Part shown: piece by piece, positions 56,868 through 64,000 of the stretch
Layout of the letters: each line of letters starts with the position of its first letter
Position numbering within the stretch: position 1 is the stretch's first letter
Sequence record: NC_042018.1
Length of the DNA stretch: 64,000 bases
Strand: one strand, 5' to 3'
Notes under the pieces: generated by a model
What the model was told of the DNA's origin: nothing
The model's input: the letters and a program-made list of their open reading frames with translations, nothing else
Databases searched by the model: none
Translations under genes and position numbers: made by a program

Positions 56868-58388
56868 ATGGCAGATAAGAAAAAGAAACTTGCTCCGGTC
56901 ACCAGTAATTTGAAAGAGGACGTGGATGCAGCAATCAATGAAGCTGCTGCAGAGATCGTCGCCGAGTCGATTACCCAGAAAGCCATCGCGGCGGTAATGG
57001 ACAAATCTGACAAAGTCATTGCCAACACCGTGACCGACGTACTTGAAATCGTGGAAGAAGATGAAACCACGGGTTCTGTTCGTGGGCGTCTTAAGAAAAA
57101 GTACAGTGAACCGAAAGGGCTGGCAAACGGTCGCCTGCAGTTAGACACCGGTTCAGGTGAACTCAGCGTGCAGCGCGACAAAGTAAAAGACGTGCTGGAA
57201 ACCTACCCGCTGGTATCTATCTACGGTATTGAGCTGAAACCGGTAGGCGAGAAGCTGTCGTTTGGTGAAGTCATTGGTTATGACTCTGTCCTCGGCAACT
57301 ATACTCGCAACCAGCATCGCATGGTGCGTTATCTCCCAGTAGGTAACGGAAGCGAGTTTCACCATTTCGCCTTTGTGCTGAACGGTACTACCACTCACCT
57401 GTTCATTACTGATGGTTCCTCCTACGTCGTTAATGACAAAAACAACACCTACTATTACGCCCGCAATAAGGGTACCATCGCGGCGGCCATCATCGTTAAC
57501 AGCAAACTCACCAACGTATTGCTGGAAGGCGGTAGCATGACCTACAACGCTATCATTGACGAAACCACACTGAACGACTCTATTGTGGTAACGCTCGATA
57601 AAGAAGAGATGGCCCGCAATCACGTGGCCGGCAACGATGGCATGTACCGCCGTGGACATCAGTATTTCGACATCCACGGCACCGACAATCAAATGACCAC
57701 GGTTGATGAGTGTCACCTGACGCGTACAGATGTGGTTAACTGCCAGATTACTAAGGTGAACGCCACTCAGACCAATATGGCCAACACGGTAATCCGCAAT
57801 AACAAGCAAACCTGCCTGATCGACACCACCATCGGTAACAGCGTAATTGACGGCGCGTTCTATTTTGAAGCACGTCGTTCGTCGCTGGCCGTTAGCATCA
57901 ACGCAACCCATCGCGTTGAACTCAGCAATGTGCGTCTCTACGGTGGTAACTTCCACCATATACCGTATGAAATACAGGTTGAGTCGCCGTTTGGTATCAC
58001 GAAGATCTCCTGGATGGACGATACCAAAGTTCGCATGTTGACCAGCAAAGACGGTGTCGTGCTGGAGATTCCACAGAACAACGTGGAGAGCTACGCCGAT
58101 CGCTTCCTGTTCATTCCTTACGACCAACCGGAACAACCTGCTATTCATTTACGTGGTTGGCAGCCACCGCATGTTGAGCAGATGATCACTGATCACATGC
58201 GCTTCTACCGTAACGGTAAACGTTTGCCGAAACCAGACCTGATTCAGCAAAGCTTCTTAACGTATCTGATCGATACCGTTAACAGTCGCCTTAAAGTGCT
58301 GAGCCTGCTGGAAGCGGTGAAACAAAACCGCCACACGGTTGCCCCAGGGTTAAACCGAGGTGACCACGACGACTATCTGCCGTTCTAA
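56868..58388 (+). CDS. Hypothetical protein with central beta-helix-like repeats
   Basis: 506 aa. Asn/Thr/Ile/Val periodic strands (VDECHLTRTDVVNCQITKVNATQTNMANTVIRN...IDTTIGNSVIDG). Strong codon bias. Confidence 0.6.
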   Translation: MADKKKKLAPVTSNLKEDVDAAINEAAAEIVAESITQKAIAAVMDKSDKVIANTVTDVLEIVEEDETTGSVRGRLKKKYSEPKGLANGRLQLDTGSGELSVQRDKVKDVLETYPLVSIYGIELKPVGEKLSFGEVIGYDSVLGNYTRNQHRMVRYLPVGNGSEFHHFAFVLNGTTTHLFITDGSSYVVNDKNNTYYYARNKGTIAAAIIVNSKLTNVLLEGGSMTYNAIIDETTLNDSIVVTLDKEEMARNHVAGNDGMYRRGHQYFDIHGTDNQMTTVDECHLTRTDVVNCQITKVNATQTNMANTVIRNNKQTCLIDTTIGNSVIDGAFYFEARRSSLAVSINATHRVELSNVRLYGGNFHHIPYEIQVESPFGITKISWMDDTKVRMLTSKDGVVLEIPQNNVESYADRFLFIPYDQPEQPAIHLRGWQPPHVEQMITDHMRFYRNGKRLPKPDLIQQSFLTYLIDTVNSRLKVLSLLEAVKQNRHTVAPGLNRGDHDDYLPF

Positions 58389-58399
58389 ACTGCGCTGAC

Positions 58400-58423
58400 C
58401 CAGTGGGGGTAATTCCCCACTGG
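58400..58423 (+). terminator. Hairpin/terminator
   Basis: CCAGTGGGG-GTAATT-CCCCACTGG. Confidence 0.55.
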
Positions 58424-58460
58424 TGAGGTTATCTTTATGATAACCAAGAAGGAATGATTC

Positions 58461-59009
58461 ATGACCTGGCATAAAGGTAAAAACAAGAAACACTGGCACA
58501 AGAAACGAAAGCCCTCTCCCAAGCCGGAGTACCCACCGCCTAAACCGGGCGAAGTGTGGTACAACGTACATACGGACGGCAGTTCGTTAGGTAACCCCGG
58601 GCCAGGCGGTTACGGTTGTGTTGTGCGACTGGGAGACACCAAGCTCACGTTATCCAAAGGTTACCACCTGACTACCAACAACCGCATGGAAATCATGGCC
58701 GTGATAGCAACGTTGGAAGAGTTCGGGCCTAATAAACGGTTTAATATCTTTCTCGATTCTCAATACACAATGGATGGTGCGACAGGGTGGATATTCGGCT
58801 GGAAGAAACGTAACTGGATGACTGGACAAGGTGAACCGGTTAAGAACAAGGACTTGTGGGAACAGCTGTATGACCTGCTCAAAGAGAACGAGGTCCGCTG
58901 GCACAAAGTCCCTGCTCACTCCGGGGTTCCTGATAACGAAGAAGCTGACCAATTGGCCAAAGCAGCTGCAGGCAGCGCGACGGATACCGATTACGGATAC
59001 TTAAAGTAA
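58461..59009 (+). CDS. rnhA: Ribonuclease HI with basic N-terminal extension
   Basis: HTDGSSLGNPGPGG, TNNRMEI, DSQY, VKNKDLW, VPAHSG..DNEEAD. Confidence 0.95.
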   Translation: MTWHKGKNKKHWHKKRKPSPKPEYPPPKPGEVWYNVHTDGSSLGNPGPGGYGCVVRLGDTKLTLSKGYHLTTNNRMEIMAVIATLEEFGPNKRFNIFLDSQYTMDGATGWIFGWKKRNWMTGQGEPVKNKDLWEQLYDLLKENEVRWHKVPAHSGVPDNEEADQLAKAAAGSATDTDYGYLK

Positions 59010-59102
59010 TCACCGTCGATACATTCTACAGGGGATATATTCCAATAAAGTCCCCTTTTATTTTTGATTGTACACTTCAATTGTTTTCACAAAGGAAATA
59101 CC

Positions 59103-59654
59103 ATGCAAACTCCTTCAATGTCTCTCGAGGGGAAAGAACTTGTTTTCAATTGGGAGCATGACGAGAAACCTGTGAGCTTCCGTGTCGAACAGGCTAAGTT
59201 CATTCAGCTCGTATGCAAAGCTTGCCGTACGCCGCTGCCGTTGGTGGATGTCTCTAAAGCGTATCAGTGCCAGTGTGGTGCTGAAATCCAACCGGACGGA
59301 TTGAATCACCGTGCTGAAGATTATGGCCGGTGGGTAAGCTACCTTGGGACATGGCGTTGTAAAGACAACTATCAGATTCTGCTGAAAGACGGACGGGTTA
59401 TTGACTACGTCTACCCTAACGGCGGAAGTTGGTACCCTAAAACCAAGGCAGCACAAATCGCGTCACAACCTGAAGGCCGTTACCTCGACGAAGACGTCCT
59501 GGCGGTTCGCCTGGTACTGGACAATGAACTCGAGTCGCGTTATGAGTTCACCGGTAAACAACGTCTTGAGCGTAATGTTGATTACTTCGGTGACGCATTC
59601 CCTACACAAGACCGGGTTATTAACCTGAATGGACAATACGGAATTTTAGTGTGA
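59103..59654 (+). CDS. Hypothetical protein with zinc-ribbon motif
   Basis: ATG at 59103 after aagga. CKAC...CQC. Confidence 0.6.
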   Translation: MQTPSMSLEGKELVFNWEHDEKPVSFRVEQAKFIQLVCKACRTPLPLVDVSKAYQCQCGAEIQPDGLNHRAEDYGRWVSYLGTWRCKDNYQILLKDGRVIDYVYPNGGSWYPKTKAAQIASQPEGRYLDEDVLAVRLVLDNELESRYEFTGKQRLERNVDYFGDAFPTQDRVINLNGQYGILV

Positions 59655-59833
59655 CGCTAGAGCTCGACGTACTCGTCTTTATCTGGGTGTACGGGTGCTT
59701 GGGTGCAGCATTGATTAAGAAAGTCAAATACGACCCGGGAACACCGTACTGGAAAATCTTTCTGATGTACGTGTCGTTACCGTTAACCTGCGTAGTGTGG
59801 GTTGGGGTACGATTGGTGCGTTGGATATTTTAA
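59651..59833 (+). CDS. Small membrane protein (two TM segments)
   Basis: GTGA overlap with the previous gene. Hydrophobic segments LVFIWVYGCLGAALI and IFLMYVSLPLTCVVWVGV. Confidence 0.55.
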   Translation: MTLELDVLVFIWVYGCLGAALIKKVKYDPGTPYWKIFLMYVSLPLTCVVWVGVRLVRWIF

Positions 59834-59842
59834 GAGGTAGCA

Positions 59843-60217
59843 GTGGAAAAGTATAAATACCTTTTGGGACAGACCTCGTCCCTGAATCAGGTGTTCGTGG
59901 TGTTGTCCTCAGCATCCACGTTCACGCACGCAGAACTGGCGTTTAAGTTGGGCATTACTGACATTGTGTCTCAGGGCGAGTTGCTCTCTACTGATCCAGC
60001 GTTTACGCTGCCGGCCAGTGAAGCAGCACACCAGGGCGCAGTTGACGCATTGCCGGACGATCGTTTCTTTACCGCGGATGTTCCTCATTTTAGTTTTGCT
60101 CACCACATCTATCTGAACGTGGCTGAAATCGACGAAGATGAGTTCCACTACCGTCTGAGAAACATGAGTTCGGCGACGCTTCCAGAATCTGGCTTTACCT
60201 TTGCTTCACCTCTGTAA
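59843..60217 (+). CDS. Hypothetical protein
   Basis: GTG start after gaggt; 124 aa. Confidence 0.55.
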   Translation: MEKYKYLLGQTSSLNQVFVVLSSASTFTHAELAFKLGITDIVSQGELLSTDPAFTLPASEAAHQGAVDALPDDRFFTADVPHFSFAHHIYLNVAEIDEDEFHYRLRNMSSATLPESGFTFASPL

Positions 60218-60220
60218 TCT

Positions 60221-60252
60221 ATTACCCTGCCTCCGTAAGGGGGTGGGGTAAT
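60221..60252 (+). terminator. Rho-independent terminator (GNRA loop)
   Basis: ATTACCCTGCCTCC-GTAA-GGGGGTGGGGTAAT. Confidence 0.7.
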
Positions 60253-60303
60253 GTAAAGTTTTACCTCCTTCTTTATATCTATGCGAAAAACAAGGAATAC
60301 ATC

Positions 60304-60570
60304 ATGAATAACGAAACCACCGCTGTAGACGTTCCTGCTCCATTAACCAAAGGTCAGCTGTTGGCTCGCCTTGACCGCTACGGACCGGAATACTCGTTCC
60401 ACAAAGACCTGGTCGCAATCGCCGATTTGGCTGACACGCTGTATACCCGCATGGCCATTAGCCGTAGTCGTCAGCACAACATTCAGATTCGTGCGGCGCT
60501 CTCAAAATTAAGCGTGGCTGTCGATTGGACAGTTACCGTGTTGAAACAAGATATCGTGAGCTACGAATAA
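60304..60570 (+). CDS. Hypothetical protein
   Basis: 88-aa helical ORF with RBS aagga. Confidence 0.6.
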   Translation: MNNETTAVDVPAPLTKGQLLARLDRYGPEYSFHKDLVAIADLADTLYTRMAISRSRQHNIQIRAALSKLSVAVDWTVTVLKQDIVSYE

Positions 60571-60579
60571 GGACACGTC

Positions 60580-61041
60580 ATGGAAAACGTATACTTGCCT
60601 GGATTACGTAATGCCCTGATGCTGGCATTCATTGAAGAAGCCCGCAGTACCGGTAACCAGGTCTACCTGACGTTAAACGCCCGTCGTTTAACTGACCCTG
60701 CATTAGCACAGTACATCAAAGACGGCGTCCTGACCATGAACGTGGCCATTCGTGCTACGCCGGGTTATGACGTTGAACCTGAATTCCTGATTCTGCATTC
60801 TTCCTTTAATGGAAAGAAAGCCCAGGTCTTTGCGTATTACGATGACGTGATGATGATTGTGGCCTATGATGAAACCCGTCAACCACGCGCCATGTTCCAC
60901 ATCACTGACCATCATCAGGTTTCTATCCAGATGGAGAACATCAACGCCGCAGCCTTTACGGAAACCAATCCGTTAGAAGCTGTAAACGAAGAAACTCCAC
61001 CGCCAGCTAAAGAGCGTCCCAAACTCTCTGTAGTTAAATAA
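60580..61041 (+). CDS. sspB: SspB-like ClpXP adaptor (stringent starvation protein B homologue)
   Basis: QYIKDGVLTMNVAIRA and SSFNGKKAQV match the SspB core (EYARDGQIVLNIAPRA; ARFGGIPRQV). An acidic linker leads to the C-terminal RPKLSVVK, which matches the E. coli ClpX-binding tail RPALRVVK. Confidence 0.8.
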   Translation: MENVYLPGLRNALMLAFIEEARSTGNQVYLTLNARRLTDPALAQYIKDGVLTMNVAIRATPGYDVEPEFLILHSSFNGKKAQVFAYYDDVMMIVAYDETRQPRAMFHITDHHQVSIQMENINAAAFTETNPLEAVNEETPPPAKERPKLSVVK

Positions 61042-61050
61042 GGGTGCCGT

Positions 61051-61395
61051 ATGCGTAAATGGTTTTCGGTATTAGGGCGCTACACGGTTGCCCTATGCCA
61101 GCTTGGGTTAAAACGTATTCTTCTTGGTCACCATACGCGTCGCCTCATTAAGAAAGAGGACCGTATCATTCAAGAGTTCGAAAGGGCACTGACGGCACAA
61201 GGCAAAGCTTTGCGTAACCGGGGGTATTTGTCCCGGCAAAGCCTGAAGCACCTTACACTCCATCTGGCAGACGAATTGCACATGCAGAAGTGTCAGATTC
61301 GGAAAGTGACAGTAGAACTCATTGACGGTGATTTCTTTATTGATTTAGAAATCACTACCCATAACCGGACCGTGACCCGTTTGGTCGTTGTGTGA
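61051..61395 (+). CDS. Hypothetical basic protein
   Basis: 114-aa Arg/Lys-rich ORF in the operon. Confidence 0.55.
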   Translation: MRKWFSVLGRYTVALCQLGLKRILLGHHTRRLIKKEDRIIQEFERALTAQGKALRNRGYLSRQSLKHLTLHLADELHMQKCQIRKVTVELIDGDFFIDLEITTHNRTVTRLVVV

Positions 61396-61402
61396 GGACA
61401 AC

Positions 61403-61981
61403 ATGAAAGTATCCATGATTCTGGCTATGGACCGCAACTGTTTAATCGGGAAAGGCGACCAACTTCCCTGGCGTCACCCGGAAGACCTGTTGTGGTTCAA
61501 ACAGCAAACCATCGACAAACCGATTCTCATGGGACGTACGACCTATGAAGGATTAGGGCGTCCATTACCAAACCGCCCCAACATCGTGCTGAGTCGTGCT
61601 GACACTAACTTAGTGGGTGATGTAGCACGGGTGCAGTCGTATGAAGACGCACACTACCTGGCTAAGCAGTTGGGTTATGATGAGCTGATGATTATCGGCG
61701 GCAAGCAGGTGTATGAGTCACTGATTGACCATGCTGACTGTATCTACGTCACGGTCATCGATCACGACTACAACGGTGACGTCCATATGACCCATCCGTT
61801 GTTCGAAGCATTGGCTGGTCGGGACCTCTCTGAGAAGAACCCGGCCTTTACCAATCTCGGCTTTGATCGGTTGTTTACTCGCGACGGTGACGTGAGACAT
61901 GTGTGGGATGTCGAGGTGTTGAACCGTGTCCTTAGCAATGATGTTATGCTCAATTTTGTGAAGCTAACACGTTGCCATTAA
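61403..61981 (+). CDS. folA: Dihydrofolate reductase
   Basis: ATG at 61403 after gagga. ILAMDRNCLIGKGDQLPWRHPEDLLWFK, MGRTTYE, RPLPNRPNIVLS, IIGGKQVY. Confidence 0.95.
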   Translation: MKVSMILAMDRNCLIGKGDQLPWRHPEDLLWFKQQTIDKPILMGRTTYEGLGRPLPNRPNIVLSRADTNLVGDVARVQSYEDAHYLAKQLGYDELMIIGGKQVYESLIDHADCIYVTVIDHDYNGDVHMTHPLFEALAGRDLSEKNPAFTNLGFDRLFTRDGDVRHVWDVEVLNRVLSNDVMLNFVKLTRCH

Positions 61982-61990
61982 GGAAAGGAT

Positions 61991-62425
61991 ATGGGTCTGG
62001 GTTACATCGACGTTAAGCTCGATTCCAAGCAAGAAGATGACTTGATTCGGGACTTAACAACTTTAGGGATTAAAGCTCTACCAAAAGGGAAGTACCACTG
62101 TACTGTCATTTATGACAAACGTGAGGAACTTGATAAGCCGCTGTGCGACATCGACCCTGAGCAAGTCTTTGAAGCACACGTCGTGGAGGTTAAACCACTC
62201 GGAGATGCCCTGGTCTTTACTATGACGTCTAAAGATATCTATGATGAATTTAGACGATTGCAGGAAGCCGGATATCAGCACAGTTTCCCTGAGCTGTTGG
62301 TTCACATGTCAATTTGCTACGACTTCAGTGCGTACGACAAGTTGAAGGTGGAACAGTTCATGGGCCGATGGATAGGCCGCAACATTCAGTTCTCTCGCGA
62401 ATCGTTACAACCCGTTAAGTATTGA
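61991..62425 (+). CDS. acb1: 2H phosphodiesterase, Acb1 (T4 57B)-like anti-CBASS candidate
   Basis: 144 aa with two HxT/S motifs: H36-C-T-V-I-Y and G.QH.F....H105-M-S-I-C-Y-D. The C-terminal RESLQP matches the T4 57B pattern (HSTICY; GATHDF..Y.PHITLSYN; REYKEP). Confidence 0.72.
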   Translation: MGLGYIDVKLDSKQEDDLIRDLTTLGIKALPKGKYHCTVIYDKREELDKPLCDIDPEQVFEAHVVEVKPLGDALVFTMTSKDIYDEFRRLQEAGYQHSFPELLVHMSICYDFSAYDKLKVEQFMGRWIGRNIQFSRESLQPVKY

Positions 62426-62429
62426 TGCT

Positions 62430-62462
62430 CCCCTGCCCTCGTCCTACGGGACGGGGGTGGGG
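62430..62462 (+). terminator. Rho-independent terminator (UNCG loop)
   Basis: CCCCTGCCCTCGTCC-TACG-GGACGGGGGTGGGG. Confidence 0.7.
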
Positions 62463-62482
62463 TTAATCTATAAGAAATTTCA

Positions 62483-62500
62483 TCTCTAAATTATTATCGT
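62483..62500 (+). promoter_or_regulatory. Putative phage promoter motif (degenerate copy)
   Basis: TCTCTAAATTATTATCGT lies directly after a terminator and about 50 nt before the next ATG. Confidence 0.35.
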
Positions 62501-62548
62501 GTATGTAGACCACCTATATACACTTATCCAATCAAGAGGACACAAGTA

Positions 62549-63118
62549 ATGAAAAAGAAAGCGACACATAAATTCTTCCCTAACGGTAAACAAGTGGGTG
62601 AAGCCGTTTCTGCGTGTTTAAACAACATGGTGTGGGTTGCCGGGAGTCACGGTGTATTACCGCCGAACATGAATGTCACTGTGCCGTTCATGCTTACCGC
62701 CACTGACCGCATGATGGTGAAGAACTCCGTGTGCAATATCTTGATCGACAATGAAGCCAGCTGGCAGTTAATTCTGGTGGCCGCTTTCGACAATGCCAAA
62801 TCCCGCTCTTACGTAACGGCGGATATCCATTTGAATCAATGGACCTTGGCTGAAGTTGGGCAGAAGATTATGGAAATCTGTGAAGTCACGGTTCGCAAGA
62901 TGGAAGAAGTGTTCTGTGGTGAAGGCGCAGTTAACCTAAACGATATTCACCACTACGGTTACATGCTGTCGCCTACGCAGGGTCTGAACACTGACGTAAT
63001 CGAAGAGCGGTTAATCGATGCCTTACAAACGGGTAGCTTCGATCACTACGACTGGCAGTCCCGTCCGGTTATTACTCCCAAAGACTTTATTGACTCTATC
63101 GCGGCTGTGAAGATTTAA
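62549..63118 (+). CDS. Hypothetical protein
   Basis: 189 aa with RBS gagga. Confidence 0.65.
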   Translation: MKKKATHKFFPNGKQVGEAVSACLNNMVWVAGSHGVLPPNMNVTVPFMLTATDRMMVKNSVCNILIDNEASWQLILVAAFDNAKSRSYVTADIHLNQWTLAEVGQKIMEICEVTVRKMEEVFCGEGAVNLNDIHHYGYMLSPTQGLNTDVIEERLIDALQTGSFDHYDWQSRPVITPKDFIDSIAAVKI

Positions 63119-63135
63119 GATATAGAAATGTTCAC

Positions 63136-63158
63136 GTCTATATAGTTAGGGTGAATAA
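63136..63158 (+). promoter_or_regulatory. Putative phage promoter
   Basis: GTCTATATAGTTAGGGTGAATAA is identical at 20 of 23 positions to 26210-26232. Both are followed by TTATTCTTA. Confidence 0.6.
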
Positions 63159-63219
63159 GTAATACATATTTATTCTTATAATAACGATATTGACAGTTAA
63201 TCTACTGGAGATAAAAATC

Positions 63220-64000
63220 ATGGCAAAACGTGATATTAATTACGCTGTAGAACGCATCACCAATTCCTTGTCGAATGCAATGAATGGCGGTACGTCGCAA
63301 GAACAACTTCTTGCTCTGTATAAGTCTCGACTGTTTGATGAAGAGCTGGTTGACAAAGATCGTCGCAATCAGGTTCTGATGGCAGTCAATAAAGAACTCG
63401 GCATGGACATCAAGATGCGTGATGTTAAGCAAGCCGACAACACCTTACTTGAACAAGTTCTGGCTAACAGCGGTGAAACCGGGCCTGAAATTGTACAAGA
63501 GCCAAATGACCTTCCTGCTCCTACAGCAGAGTTCATTCTGGCAAACCGGGAAGAGTTCAGTGTGGCTGAAGTTACCAAAGCCGGCATCGACCTCCACTCC
63601 CATCAGGGTACTCAAGTAGCAGACGCTACAGGCCCAGTTTCTGAAGTTAAATCCGCAAACACCGTAAACACTAATTCCACTGAGGATACCGACATGACTA
63701 CCAACGCTTCTAACTCTTACAACACCACTACCTCTACTTCTGCTCAGGCTGACAACAACCACACCGCAGAAGAAGCGCTGAACAAAGGCGCTGAAACCGT
63801 TGACGAAACGCTGAAAGCTGGCGCTGAACAGGCGAAAGAAAAAGCGCAGGAAACGGTTGAGAATCTGGCCGATGAGTCCTTCATGGATAAAGTCAATTCC
63901 ATCCGTCCTGAATACCTGGCTGCAGGCGCTGCTGTAATCGGTGCAGGGGCAACTATCCTGAACGCTGATGCAGTAAACGCTTACAACCTGGCCGGCGGCG
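63220..64000 (+). CDS. 3'-truncated protein missing from the ORF track; internal start at 63694; membrane-like C-terminal region
   Basis: ATG at 63220 follows ggag (MAKRDINYAVERITNSL...). The frame is open to the window end. An in-frame ATG at 63694 follows gagga (MTTNASNSYNTT...), then YLAAGAAVIGAGATIL. Confidence 0.75.
   Translation, partial: MAKRDINYAVERITNSLSNAMNGGTSQEQLLALYKSRLFDEELVDKDRRNQVLMAVNKELGMDIKMRDVKQADNTLLEQVLANSGETGPEIVQEPNDLPAPTAEFILANREEFSVAEVTKAGIDLHSHQGTQVADATGPVSEVKSANTVNTNSTEDTDMTTNASNSYNTTTSTSAQADNNHTAEEALNKGAETVDETLKAGAEQAKEKAQETVENLADESFMDKVNSIRPEYLAAGAAVIGAGATILNADAVNAYNLAGG

Noticed and set aside
32571-58148. Long antisense ORFs at 32571-33401, 37834-38598 and 57153-58148
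   Set aside because: These are shadows of biased genes on the opposite strand; they were used only as markers of codon bias.
4117-62462. Many GC-rich inverted repeats as a possible REP/MITE or CRISPR-like repeat family
   Set aside because: The stems differ in sequence, sit singly at operon ends or between convergent genes, and have no spacers or target-site duplications. They are ordinary intrinsic terminators.
1-64000. Alternative genetic code, introns or inteins
   Set aside because: Standard code 11 gives near-complete tiling with full-length LigA, RNase H, DHFR, helicase and SbcC. No interrupted conserved genes or intein motifs were seen.
1-64000. tRNA or rRNA genes
   Set aside because: Intergenic gaps are short, and none shows a cloverleaf with T-loop (GTTCRA) and D-loop signatures.

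Overview
This window is a 64-kb segment of a phiKZ-related jumbo myophage (Chimalliviridae-like; SPN3US/CR5/Erwinia-jumbo type). The enterobacterial-style codon bias suggests an Enterobacterales host. It is almost fully coding. From left to right it holds: an array of paralogous internal head (ejection) proteins with acidic propeptides ending in G-X-E protease sites; other virion genes; a small island (secreted protein plus degenerate HNH); a DnaB-like helicase; the major capsid protein; a split non-virion RNA polymerase beta subunit; the portal; RuvC; a holin candidate and an overlapping spanin pair; four paralogous tail-fibre-like genes; a central spike with an HxH tip; SbcC; and an accessory/replication block. 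That block encodes a signal-peptide lytic transglycosylase, a HAD phosphatase, NAD-dependent ligase, RNase HI, an SspB-like ClpXP adaptor, DHFR and an Acb1-like 2H phosphodiesterase. No tRNA, rRNA, CRISPR array, intron or intein was seen. The most notable observations are: (i) an Acb1-like anti-CBASS candidate; (ii) a phage SspB retaining the ClpX-docking tail; (iii) a shared promoter-like motif that mostly precedes cell-envelope-targeted proteins, including two related Asn/Thr-rich membrane proteins 37 kb apart; (iv) probable nested in-frame starts; (v) a 250-bp hairpin cluster; and (vi) near-identical ultra-short divergent gene junctions. All family assignments come from motif recognition by eye, not from database searches.
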